Positions 46,619 through 59,432 of a stretch of DNA of 64,000 nt are shown here, piece by piece (the first letter of the stretch is position 1; each line of letters starts with the position of its first letter). Made by a program: the position numbers and the translations under genes. The notes under the pieces are model-generated. The model worked only from the letters and a program-made list of their open reading frames with translations. It was not told the origin of the DNA and searched no databases. The stretch comes from Lepidodermella squamata (lineage: Eukaryota; Animalia; Gastrotricha), in contig JBLDXI010000007.1 of the NCBI GenBank assembly GCA_047495785.1, forward strand, positions 1,364,001 through 1,428,000. The letters run 5' to 3'.

Positions 46619-49600
46619 CCCTGTCGGAAAAAGTTGGACCGTGGTGGACCTTTTGGCCTTTCTCACAAGACGGTGGACCATGGTGGCCCATTTTGGACCT
46701 GTCATTTTGTACATTTTTCCGTTTGGCCTCGGCGACTCTGAAAGTTGGCCATTCCATGGCCAAAAAGTGATTTTCGCGAAATTAATCGGAAAATTAGTCA
46801 AACAATTGGACCATGCATGGCCATGGCCTGATCTGCTTTGGCGAGTTTTATTTTCACCTTCGCAAGTTGGTCATTAAACGGCCAAAGAGTCATTCCTCGT
46901 CAAATTTCCGGATAATTAGTTTAACAGTTGGTCCATGCGTGGCCAAGACAGAAAGGCGGGTTTTTCCAACTTCAAAACGTGGTCATTCCATGGCCAAAAC
47001 CTCACTCAAGCGGAATTTCTGAAACTTGCGGAAAATCAGTGAAAAATGGACCACGGATGGCCAAAACCTGTCTGCGCCGAAAAATACCGTGTTTCCCCTG
47101 CTTTTGCGCGGTCACATCGGCAAGACAGTGGTAATAGTAAACACCGCGGAAATACACAATAAGCTCGCAATTAATAGATTAGATGTGAACTAATGATGAC
47201 AGGCCAAATTAGGCCAAAAATTAACCGCAAATATTTTAACTTTCCTGGCAATTTTCGATACTTAACTTCGCAACTTCGCCGGAAAATTTGAAAGTCTTCA
47301 TTGTGAAATCGCATCATTATCGACCTGTTTTTATTATTTAATCGTGATTTGGACAGCTGCGCCGAATATTGAAATTTCAAAAATTTTAACATCGGGAGAG
47401 TTTTCATTAATAAAATATGAATTTTCAAGTTCATCTTACGTAGTCATTCTACGCCACTGGAATCAATATTATATTCCAATTTCATCATGATAAGATTTAT
47501 AATATGACTTGCTTTGAAATCTCGCCTTGAATCTGTAGATTTCATGACAATATAAGACCAAGCTCAAATATCGCAAATATATTTAATTTTGATTATAGCG
47601 AAAAACATTATCGAGTGCACAAGTGCAATAATGACGAGTGAAAGTGCGATATTTCTGTGCGATATTTCTGGACGAGTGAGCACTAAATCACGCGTCAAAC
47701 AACTTGGACAAAAATCTTAAAAACTCCTAACAGCCTTTAAAATAAATTGAAATGAAAACTCTATTACTGAATGAAATGCGCGAGTGAAACACTGTTGCGT
47801 AATAGAATTGCGACAGTGCATTGTTGAACAACGCAAAAACGAGGTCAATCGGCACTAATAATTTTTTCATCTTGCTTTTCACTTGAATTACCTATAGCGG
47901 GCCTCAACTCTTCGTAAATACAAAATCGGTTCATGTTTTCAATCTGATTCTAGTAGTTATTGCTATTTTAACTCTCGATTGCCCGGCACAATCTCTCACG
48001 ATAAAACCGAGGCATCAACGAAATGCCCATATCGACTACTTAATTAAAATTCACTTTTAGCGATCTTTTTGGCGAATGAATTTTTCTAAAAATTGTGATT
48101 AAAATTCACCTAGAAATTCCCATAAATTTAAGCAGATCGTGAAGCTCCATACCGATCTATATCTATCCTGATTCCTCAAAAGTTCTTTCACAAATTTGAG
48201 GGTTTTTCAGAATTTTCCAACAATTTTTCTCAACTCGAATCTGTTTTTGTTGGACCTGGAATATTTTTATTTTATTTTATTCCCTTTGCAGGGTAATCCA
48301 ATGCCGACCGGCCTTGAACTATGCGATGATTGGTACTCTTTTGAACCAACCCGACAGTTGGCGGGTCGTGGTATCATTGCCATCGAGCTATCGTCATTTT
48401 CTTTCGATTTTCTGTCTACTTTCTGTCTATTTTCTGTTCGATTTTTGCCACCAGTGCAATTCAATTTCTGAGGCGATCTCCCTGGATGGACGCAAGGCAC
48501 CGACGAGATGCTTTTTACGCCTAGGTAAAATTCTAGCTATGATTGTCAAGATCGAGTTTTTCAACATTTTTTATCTCGATTTTAAAATTGAAATGACTTC
48601 GAAATTCCTATCTGACCCGACTTTAAATCGAATTTAAATTTATCAACAAATTTCTTAAATTGCAATTTTATCAGGTCAAATTTATCGAATGATTTCTTTT
48701 AGCAAATTGACGGTGTGGAGATGGCGTCTATTCTTTTATTCAAATTTTAGCTGAAGCATTTTCCGTGAAATAATTATTTGCAAATTTATTCCCTGTAGAA
48801 TCAGGTCGATTTATGCTACCAGCCACTGCCTGGCGATCTCAAGTCTCAATCGAACTATGCGTTCCAATAACGTTTCTTAAGCAACCTGGCGATGCAAGGT
48901 GCGTGGGCTGTGCTTCCGAATTCAAACTTGCCCATGACTCCCGGTTCGAAAAAATGGTTTAAGTCTACCAAAAATATTACTTTTGAAAATTCAATTTTGA
49001 TTGGAGAATTTCAATTTTCCTGTAACAGAAAATCATCGAAAAGTGACGCAGCGATTTTTTTATATTTATTTATTTTATTTATTTTCAAACCTAAAATTGC
49101 ATATATTTGTTGAAATATAATTTGAATCGGAAATATTTGAATCGTTTTTGCATGTGTGATTTTTAAATTTTTTTCATGTTTATTTTTCTCAGAAGAAATC
49201 TATCATTACAAAATTTCTCGAAAATCAAATTATTGTCAAATAAATTTCTCGTTTTCTGATAAATCTTAATAATTTATAATTTTATTCAAAATCTCTTGCA
49301 AAAGTCCAATCGCTTCTAGATTTGATGCCAAGCCATTTGAAGCTATTTTACTAATATAAATCTGAATTTATCCTTATGCAGATAACTTTCGCTACATGGT
49401 GCTGGGCTGAATGCGAGAAGTGGCTAGTAACGGTTGACGATTACCTCTTCGGCGGCGACTAGGGGCGGCTGACTCAACTCACGAACATTATGAATATTGT
49501 GAATTGTTATCTTTTTATCGATTTAAATATTGTGAAATTTAAATACTTGGTGATCATTTTTACAATGTTTGATTTTGAACAATAAAAAAGCGTTTGAAAT

Positions 49601-49879
49601 CTGAATTCGAGTTCTTGCACGTAAAAGGGACCAGAGGGAAGGTTGCAGAGGACCAATGCGAGACCAAAATTATGCCGGATTCTGACCCATGGATGACCAC
49701 TAACGGCCAATTGGTTGGCCATGGCATGGCCATCTTGTCCTCGTATTTTTTGCCCACCGTGGCCCATTCCAAGTTGGCCATGGATGGACCATCATGCGGC
49801 CACGAATTTTGGGGCCACCTGGACCCAAATATGAGTGAATTTATTTTGGTCCACCGTGGACCAGATTTTTCCGACAGGG
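46619..49879. mobile_element. 3.26 kb non-autonomous TIR transposon (CMC/EnSpm-like CCC termini)
   Basis: CCCTGTCGGAAAAA...TTTTTCCGACAGGG, AT on both flanks, many ccatggcca/tggacc subterminal repeats at both ends, AT-rich non-coding interior. Confidence 0.8.
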
Positions 49880-50450
49880 ATGCTGGTTCGCCCACAACAA
49901 AATATAACCAAATGGCCAATGCTCTTCCATATATTCAAAAAGTACCAACAATCATCTATCAGCCACGCATAGTCGGGCGAGCCAAACTAGCTAAGTGTGT
50001 TGCTTCACAGAAATGATACTTATGACCGAAACACCTTGTTATGGTTTCATTCAAGTAATGAAGCATACGATCCAAAGATAATAACATCTACACGCCCACC
50101 CTTATGTCTGATATTATCTGACCTTATGTCGATCCTTATTGGCATGTTGGAACAAATGTTGACCATCGACATGTTGGAACACAGTATTTATAAGAGTAGT
50201 AGGTGTTAATTGTATAAGGAAACACATGCGAGCGAAAGGGATCGTGTGAACTGTTCCAATGCATCTCCAAGAGAAAACACTTAGGTATCCGCGTCTAACC
50301 AAGCATTTGCGAAATGGGGTCAGATTTATATATTATTATCCAAAGTGTTAGTAGAGTTCTTACATCTCTTAGAATAACTACATCTTACACCACTGAGAAA
50401 AAGACATGGCTTGAAGATAAGTATAGCATACTGCTGATAGAATTGTGTAT

Positions 50451-51605
50451 TTAATTGGTCGTAGCTGCAATAATGCCGTAGCAATTGATGCCAATGTAGG
50501 CTAGAGCGGCTGTAAATCCAACAATGGTGTCCAGAACTCGCCCAACTGTGATAGTTCCACACAAGGCTAGTTTGACTTCCCTTTTCAACAGTGATTTATC
50601 GGATTTTAAAAAGTGGCAAACCGCCATGTCGTAGATAGTAATGACCCAGCATAGCAAGGACAGCAAATTGGTGAAATTGCACAAAAACATTCGAATCGGT
50701 TTGACTGGAACATAGCTCAGCACAGTATCGGCAGAAACCATGAGAGCTAACATGATCGTGACTACAAAAATCGATCTGTCAGCCTCGTTTGGTTCAACTA
50801 CAAAAGCAGAAACCCCCAGGCCTGATAGAAGAGACATGGGGATCATCAGGTTGTTGATGTAGTATGTAGGTTCTCGTTTGAATACGAAACTGAACCTAAG
50901 TGAAAGAAATGCTAAGCGAAAGAAGGTAGTTCATAAGTGTTACCTAGCCACAGCGCTCACATTTTGCCACTGATGCGACGTAGCAGTTCCTCTTAACATT
51001 TTCCATCCTCTATCCTCTCCAACGTAATCAATCGTAGTAATATCAGCCAGCTCGGCTTGATAGAACAACACAGAATAGGTGTCTTCGCGTAGCGCCAACT
51101 CGATGGCGCATTCCTGGGTATCAAACGGAAACATTCGCAGGTCCAAATCGCAAATGGAGTTGAATATGCCGATATAGAATGCCGTGAACTGCAAGGTAGT
51201 CGTGCCCGTAATTTGGTCAACATATTGATAGCTCTTGCAACCATCCATCCCATTAACATCAACGGTATTCTTATGAAGCACGTGGGGCTGCCAGAGAATA
51301 TCCTCCCAGCTGTAGAATGTTAGATTATCATCGGCTGATATTCTGTCGCAAGATATCTGCCATTCCAGTCTGAGATGGCCAGATAGTTTGAACGACTCAG
51401 AAACGTCATCGATATTGTAGAATCTTCCTATTTTCATCATTGGTTTCACCATTACCGGTGAGCATGTCGATTCGTCTTTGCAGTTGGGTGCAGAGGTCTG
51501 TTTCGAAAGTATTGGGCATTTCCTAAGTAGATCGACGCTTAACGGTTCTCTTATTTCAATGTCATCAGCGGCTGCGAGGCCAAAAACGACGATAAAAAAA
51601 TACAT
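50451..51605 (-). CDS. Divergent Cys-loop (pentameric) ligand-gated ion channel subunit, 2 exons
   Basis: Signal peptide; LWQPHV; Cys-loop CDLDLRMFPFDTQEC; FKREPTYYINNLMIP (pre-M1); four hydrophobic helices. Intron ~50897-50943. Confidence 0.88.
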
Positions 51606-51619
51606 TTTTTTGAACAGAG

Positions 51620-52055
51620 TCTCTTAGAACGGGCCCTGGGCGAAGTGAAATGCTGATCAAGCAAAGCTTGATTATTGCCACTCAGCTTTTCCGCCTGTCG
51701 CGGCGTGTCACCTGAAGAGGAAATTGGATTCCACTAGATTAAAATAGCAAATTTAATTTTTTCAATCGCACGTGGCGTCAATTGCCGAGATGTAAACTTT
51801 AGTTGGGTTGTAACTATGAGCGCCATCTTGATATTTATTCACGTGACATAGGAATGCACATCGTGTGCTGGAGTTGTGCTAGAGGTGATAACACATGTAC
51901 GGCATGGCACCACATCGGTCCCATAGCAAAGAAGGGCGAGTCTTCTGTGTTTAATTGATTTTAATCTTGTGGAATCCAATGTCCTATTCAGGTGACACGC
52001 CGCGACATGCAAGATCAGCATTTCACTTCACCCAGGACAGTGCTCCGCAGACTCG
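51620..52055. repeat. Inverted repeat immediately upstream of the Cys-loop gene
   Basis: CTGGG-GAAGTGAAATGCTGATC...TGTCGCGGCGTGTCACCTGA..GGATTCCAC..GATTAAAAT (51637-51745) is inverted at ~51955-52036. Confidence 0.7.
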
Positions 52056-53269
52056 GTTTTCCCGGCGGGCGGCCCGCTTGGCAGGTCATGGCGGCATGTA
52101 GGCGTTAATTGCTGAAATGCGGCCGGATGCCTCGTTTCGCTTGATCATAACCCGAAAATCAGCCTGTCTTACATTATTTTCAGTCAAAACGACTGTAAAA
52201 TACCGCTGTCCAAAGCTCGCCTCGCTCGCATACTGCTTTGCTGGGCCAATCTCGAGCATTTCCCCTCATATTTGGTTAAGTATGATAGACACAAAATTAA
52301 CGTCAATTGACAGTGCCCAGCCGAAGAAGCCAAATGATCCTGTGGTTCTTCAGCTTTCCTTTCGTTGTCATCTTTTGGGAAAGCAGTTGGCTTAGTTGTC
52401 GTTTTCAAGGCCTGTGGAAAATAATTAACCTGCCCCCGCTAAGCACAATCTTACTCTCACGGGCGACAATTTGATAGCATGAAAAATATGTTGCCGATTA
52501 AAGAGCAATAACAATGTTAGTACGGCCGGTAAAGGGTCGAATTGTACCGTATTACCGCGTATTATCTGTCATGTCACTATACCTCGAATTCTACTGAAAT
52601 GTCACTAAAACCTCTATTATAATGACAGTCTCACTAATTCCTCGAATTTACCAGCAAAATTTGGAGGCGGGAAAAGGCCAAATGTTGCTCTTTAGTGACA
52701 GGTTGGCATTTGTGACAACCGACGAAAGTGAGCGTCTTTTACGCTTGGTGCTGCCAATTCGCAATGCTTTAATTTCATAGGTGAGTCGGCGCGCGCAAAC
52801 AAATAAAACAAATAGAAAACATGCGAATTTAACTTAGACATGCAATATTAAGTTTTGAACGGTGAGGAATTTCAAGTAACAAATTAGATATTCTGATTCA
52901 GCGTGAAAAGTAGATCTTTGTGCCGATTTGCGCACGTTTATCTTCCAAAATGATGAAGAAATGCGGACACTCCTGCGCGACCAACTGGCCACGCCTCGAC
53001 GACCCTCGACCACGGTTTGCCGTAATGGGTTCGGCCAAAGCTATAAGGAATAGACTGATGTTCGTCAGGGATTGGATGTGATCGGATTTAATTAGCGTCT
53101 GTTTGGTCGTGTGACCCGAAGCTAAGTTTCGAGTTATGAAGCTTTCACAAATGTGTCCAACTGTGAAAACTTCGGCTAGCAACTCGCTAACTTTGGTAGA
53201 GTGAAGTGAAACGTCGGAGAGCGTTATCAGTGGCACTTCGGAACGAGCGCAGCCACAGGCAAGGGATAT

Positions 53270-54050
53270 TTGCTGTGGACGGGAGCAATGGACGAAGCAT
53301 TCGATGAAGATCGTAACTTGTTCATGAGCCGGTACTTACCGCACCAGACTTGAACAAGAAATTCGTTGTATATACAGATGCGTCGCAAATAGGAATTGGG
53401 GCAATGTTGTGCCAGAAGCAGCAAGGGACGATGAGATTGATAGCGGCGGCGAGTTGTGTATTGACACCAACGGAGAGGAGATACGCACCTATTGTAAGGG
53501 AAGCGTTAGCCTCGTGGTGGGCAATCACGCAGTTACCTATTATGACGGAGTTTTCAGCTTCGAACGGACCACAAAACACTTGTGTGGATGAATTCGATGA
53601 AAACGCCCGGTCAAAGGTTGTGGCGGTAGATCCATGAGCTCCAGGAATATGCATCTAGTCCACGTACCGGGAGCTGCGCAGGAAATCCTGAAAAACAAAA
53701 GTCACAATTGAGAAGGTTGAAGAAGAAATCGAGGGTTCGGCAGAAAGAAGAAAGGGATCAGACTGCTGGACAAAGAGGAAAGGCAAGGAATTGCGTGGAG
53801 AAATAGGGAAACTGGCCCAAGGCAAAGACGCCCTAGTAGTCCCGCTGCCGATGCGTCCGACTATCCTGAAACACGCCCATGACGAAGCAGGGGGCGCGCA
53901 CCTATGTTGGAGGAGAACTTGGCACGGAATCAGGGCTGCCTACTGGTGGCCAGGTATGATCGGTGACATCAAGGCATACTGCCAAGGGTGCAGAGCGTAC
54001 CAGTTATTGCGAAAAGCCAGCACGGTAATCACACGAAATGCTCACAAGTA
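53270..54050 (+). mobile_element. Degenerate Ty3/gypsy pol fragments (RT-RNase H, integrase zinc-binding)
   Basis: FVVYTDASQIGIGAMLCQ...RRY..EALA; LVVP..R.TIL..AHD..GAH...YWWPGM..DI..YC..C. Confidence 0.85.
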
Positions 54051-54663
54051 ATCTCATAAGTCCAGCGAGAAAAACAAACAAAAACAATTAATCCTAATTT
54101 TTCAATCACTATACCTGTCCTAAATGTGATCCTGTCCTGCAATTATATGTTATTTTCCTTATACTTTGTCAACGTTCCCTCTCTTGGGTGTAATAGCTTC
54201 TATAAATAAATAAATCAATCAATGTTTTCCTTCTTTCCCGCGCGGTTCGAGGAAATGAACTCCGATGATTCAACCCATCATATTATTTTCCTCTTTCCTC
54301 AACCCGGCAACTTACGCCCCGGCACTGCAAGAGCCGCTAGTGCGTCCTCCAGCCAAGCAGCAGTCGGTCGAGCCAACAGCAGCCCGGCAGCTGGTGGAGG
54401 CGGCTAACAGAATGTCTACAACTGCCAGCAACATGCTCAGCCAGCCTTGGCGGCAACCCGGAGGATTCAGGAAGAAGTAGCCCGCGCAGCATCCCGTAGG
54501 GCCCAGGAGGAAGCAGCCCTCGCGGCGGCCAGGAGAGCCCAGGCCAATGAGGACAGGCGCCAGCGGCGACAGTGGTTGAGGGAAACGAGGCCGGCTGGGG
54601 TGGCGAAGCAGCGGCCGGTGGAGCAGAGGAAACAGTAGTTACATTATTTGGCGGGTTTTTTAT

Positions 54664-55649
54664 CCCTCTAATGCCGGGAACGTGTATACTCAAACTGCGG
54701 CTATTCACCTTGAATTCTCATACTTCCCGACTTATTCAGGAAAAACGGTTTGGTAAAATTTTAGATGGCCATCTGAACTACCCGATTCCGAAAACCGCGG
54801 ACTCGCCGCGTTGATTACGTAACACAGGTGTGCGCGCAAATCACGGGTACGCATGCTTTTTGTGTAAACTCAGTCAAATTTCGACCAAATGACACGGGGG
54901 TCGCGCGGTCGGCCTGTTTTGTGTGCATCGATGCATACAGTTTTGTATTAACACAACTGTCACTTGAGTTTACTCATGCACCTATAGTTATTTCGATATC
55001 TTTTTTTCATTTTTGGTGCGGAAAATAAATAATTCAGGGCATGATGTGCACGCATGGCGTGGCAGATGTTGCGCAACATAACATTGCGTAACAGTAATGC
55101 GTTTTCTATAGTTACGCAATAATAAATGCTCACTCATAATGCATACGATCGGACATATAAACTGCACAAGGAGACCGCATAGAATCACACATCTTAAGTT
55201 TATATTTTAAGTTTTATTTCAAATATGGCAAGTCAACCTCTTTTAGCGGTACCTACAGCGGATCCGAAGTGCGCTGCCCAACAACTGGTCGCGACATCTA
55301 CCTGCGCTGCATGCTGATATGGCGCCGCAAGCCGACGTTCTAGTTGCCACTGCATGTTGTTTCATCGCGAATTTTTTATCACTTATATCAATTTTGTAAA
55401 ATTTTGAATAAAACACATGTGATTTTTGCGCTCTTCCTGTGTTAACTCAAGAGCGAGTTTATACAAGTTTTCAAGCATGAGTAAACTCAGGTGACACGTG
55501 TGTATAATCGGCCTCAAGCCCAGAAGCCTGAAAAGCGCCTCCCAGACTGAGTTTACACAAGTTGCGTGTTAGTTAACTCAAAATGAGTGAATTTTCCCCA
55601 ATGAGTATACTCAATTTGTATAAACTAAGCAGCTGCCGGCATTAGAGGG
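54664..55649. mobile_element. piggyBac-like non-autonomous element with TTAT TSD
   Basis: CCCTCTAATGCCGG / CCGGCATTAGAGGG termini, TTAT on both flanks, inverted internal blocks (tgtgtaaactcagtc, gagtttactcatgc). Confidence 0.8.
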
Positions 55650-55679
55650 TTATCTATGGTTTTCTTTGGTTGTTGCTTT

Positions 55680-56400
55680 TGGAAGCAATCGTTGCACGCT
55701 GGCTGAGTCGTTTCTTAGAGGATAGACACCTCCTGCCAGACAATCAATTTGCGTTCCGCGAGCACCATTCCGCTGTCGACATTCGCGTCCAAATCGCTCA
55801 TCGGGCGTATGGCGTATCAATGCCGTACTGACAAGCTCAAGTTCGTGAAGGCGGTACCGGTGTTATTTTTCGGAGGCTGAGTCGAGTGTGCAGGGAGAAT
55901 TCGACCGTGTATCTTCGTGGGCCCGGCTTTGGCGCCAGCAGTTCAACGCCTCTAAAAGTGAAGCGCTCGCTTTCGGGCGGCAACCACCAGCCCTGCAATT
56001 GTCGCTCAACGGCTCTGCTATCACTCAGGTCGAAGTGTTGCGTGTCTTAGGCATTCACTTTGACGCCAAGCTCTCTTGGAAGCCCCACATGGACCGAACC
56101 CTGAGCCGCTGCGGGCAAAATCTGTCTTGGTACCACACCATCGGCACCCTAGGCTCTCCTTCCGCTGGCGTCGTGCCAGCTACCTCGCTCTCGTCCGCTC
56201 GATCGCCTCTTTCGGCTGCGTCGTCTTTTCGCCAGCTGCAAAGCAACAGTTACGCCGAAAATGCCTGCAGACAACATGTGCTACCACTTCGCGAGCAAAT
56301 CGGAGGCGTCCGCTTACGTCCGCCAGCGACGATGAAGTCACCCGTAGTCGTCCTCCATGACCGTCTGTCGTCGGGCCCGCTCCCTGTCTTCGTGACCTAG
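55680..56400 (+). mobile_element. Degenerate LINE RT fragment
   Basis: FLEDRHLLPDNQFAFR; W..LW...FNASKS; LGIHFDAKLSWKPH. Confidence 0.8.
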
Positions 56401-56445
56401 TCCACCCTTTACCCTTTCTTCCTTGTATTATCCGTCCTTCTGTTC

Positions 56446-57426
56446 GGGTCGCCAGCCTATGAACTCTGGCCTTGGAGTGAACCGCCGAGTTTGGGTCCTG
56501 GAGAGTGGCTATGTGGTGCTGGAAAGAATCAGTTTCAAGATTTTGGGGTGGACGTCAACAATCATATCCTGTGTGAAATTCCCACATCTCAGTCTTACCC
56601 TCAAAACTGTCGATTCACGCCATCTGGTCGCGAATACAATGGAAGAATGACAACAACGTCAAGTGGAGCTTTATGCGCTATGTGGAACGGGACTGAATAT
56701 GACTCAGCGGCAAAAAGCTTTCCTGAACTCCACGTGTTTCACCGATACTGCAGGAACCCTGACATAGCTCGAATGCCGAAAGGGCCTTTCTGCATGAGAG
56801 AGGATAGCAAAACTAAGCCTGAATACTGCGATCTGCCCCCAATGTGCCCTGAATCGGATTGGGCACAGGGCCAAGTTTTTAACAACCCATCCATTCCTTT
56901 TGCAACCATAAGTCCTACTAATGACTCTTATGAGTGGACAACTCAACAATTTGATTTCAAGGCTAACGGAATCTGCAGCTTGGACATGAGTAACTGGTGC
57001 CCTTATTACTTTGGAGGGAGTTGCTACGTAATATACAAGATGCCAAGATTTCACGCCGAAGCTAAGGCTATTTGTCAGCAAACTAATTCTCACCTGCTAA
57101 CAGTTGAAAGTGAAGCCGAACAATTGTACATCAACAGCGTAATAATGAGTCAAGGAGCAAAATGGATGGCCGCTTTGTACGGCTATCACTTGGGCTTGCA
57201 ACGGCGTAATTCAAGTGACATGTTTACGACTTGGGATACCGGAACTCCAGTTACCTTTACATTTTACATGCCAAACAGACCGTATCCTTTCAGCAATGCT
57301 TTTGCAGCTGCGGCGGAATGCGTCTACTTCGGGTATCATGACAGACAGTATTCCAGCGAGTGGTTCGATGAGGCTTGCACTGGGCTTGACGCGTACCCCA
57401 TATGTGAAATCGAGTTGGCTGGTTGA
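56446..57426 (+). pseudogene. 3' portion (kringle + C-type lectin) of the PAN/lectin/kringle gene, with no 5' end
   Basis: 56446-57063 duplicates 45270-45887, then continues into a complete CTL domain (AKAIC..LLTV..YHLGL..W..ECV..WFDEAC..ICE) and a stop. Confidence 0.8.
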
Positions 57427-58070
57427 TACTAATACTGAGGCCATCAGTCGCAATCTGAATGACTATGTAGAGTAATAATAAATTATCATTTCTCTCAAAT
57501 CTCTCATTCTATTCTGTATGATCTTTCTGTACAATAACTTGAAATGAAGTGCACAGATTCTGCCTTAGAACCAATGAACCAAGAAACATGTATAAGTCTG
57601 CAAATAAAACCTTGATTTTTGCCTTCAGACCCCGGGAAGAGTCTAAATGGTCGGCCTGATTCCTGGGCAATAATGTTGCAGGCGAACGACGCTTGTTTTT
57701 CTCCGCAAAGAATACGAATATTATCATTTTTTTCGAAACCAAAAGCCGCTTGTCGGTCTAAAACTATCTGTAACGCCAAAGGGCTCTGCTCAGTACGCTA
57801 TGAATAAATTGAACCCCTCGTTTGATTATAAAGTAATATAAAGACCAACGATACGCCAGGAAAGATTGGCCGGCTTCCAAGCCACAGCGCCCACTGCAAC
57901 AGTTACCAGTTCTGGAAAATCACGAGCAAAGGCGGGAAGGCAATCATGTTGGCCCAGTTTCAATATTCCGCGTTTCGGAGAAATAAATGAAAAATTGCTG
58001 AGTGCCTTTCCTGCAAGTCCAGAATTCAATAATTTTATTATTCCTAAATCTCCCATTTTGTGAAAAGTAT

Positions 58071-59069
58071 TTAAAATCGACTGGTTATGTCTCTGATCCA
58101 AAAAATGACTTCGGGAGTAATCGCAGACCCGGCTTGAATTTCAGAAAGCCTCCCAGTGAGTCTGTAACTGAACCCCAAGCTGGTCATGCCAACAACCGTC
58201 CATTTCCGGCCTACAACAGCACCAAACGGCTCATCAACGGCAGCCCACGCACCCCCAGAATCGCCGTCAAGCGTCCCACTTGTCGCACATACTTGAACAT
58301 TACTGTCAAATTTCGGGTAATGAAAATCTATGCATGTCTGGCCAGGGAGCAAAGTTCGCGATATTTTCTTCAGAACATTAGGAAAGAGGCCGAGTTCATT
58401 TTTACCCCAACCAGCTATCACCACCCCGCTGTGGAGCCTTGGTGGGCTTGTCGGCATGCAAATCGGATTGAAAAGATTAGTGTAGTACGGCAAAGGAGCT
58501 AGAATAACAATTTAATCCATTGAAGAAATAAGGGAAAATTAATTACGGATGATTTTGATCAGTGCAAGGTCATAGGAATGGGCTTTCAAGGGGTATTCAG
58601 GCTGCTTGAAGTAAACAAGGTCAACACCTGGCCTCATTTCGCGTCGTTCCTCAAAATTCCTAGGTGATACTGTAGTGCCTCCGAAAAAGAGCTGAACCTT
58701 GTAAAGAGGGTCAAGGTAGGAAAAGCAATGCTGAGCCGTCAGAACCCAGTGGAGGTCTATCAACGCAGCTCCGCATCGTCTTCTCACATCAATACCCGTT
58801 ATGGTGTTATAACCTTGAAGGACAACAAGAACTTGGTACGGAAATTGTCCTGGTACCGCGTCTGCACCATTGACAATCCTTGCCGCAGCGTGATTGCGCT
58901 GCTTACGATAATAAATCCCAAACCGGCTAAAATTGCTACCGAAGTCGTGAGGATAATCGTAGTTATCCAGCGTTGAACCAAAGCCGCATTTTTCTGGATC
59001 GAAGGCATCGATTGCGGCTTCGATAACCTCAGCTAACGTAAATAGGATAATGAATTCTTGAACCTTCAT
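58071..59069 (-). CDS. Serine protease SP7, same family as SP1-6
   Basis: MKVQ signal peptide, DAFDPEKCGFGSTL, AARIVNG, TAQHC, YDLAL and LDGDSGG. Same intron position as the others. Confidence 0.9.
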
Positions 59070-59432
59070 TTTATTAGATAAGGCTTCAATGTACCTAGTT
59101 TTTAAATTAGATATGCAGCAGACAATCATTTGGTGAAAAATTATTCCTCGCACGTCATTATACATCTTGCTCTTTAGTCACAGAACTGAAATTATTTCGC
59201 TATTTAGAAGAATTTCCTTTTGCAGTATTGTAATTATTGTACTCAAGGCCACAATATTTGTATTTTCATCGGATTTATATAGTCACGTTTCAGCAGTGTC
59301 CAAAAAATATTTGGCCGCTTTTCATTGATAGGATTTTATTTTGAAATTTCTCAAAAATAACGAATTGAAAATAGAGCGAAAACAGCATGAAAAACTTGTA
59401 AATCACTTGGATTGCGGTTAATGTGCATATGG

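Noticed and set aside
46620-47070. CRISPR-like array of ccatggcca repeats
   Set aside because: The motifs are short and irregular, the context is eukaryotic and there are no cas genes. They are transposon subterminal repeats.
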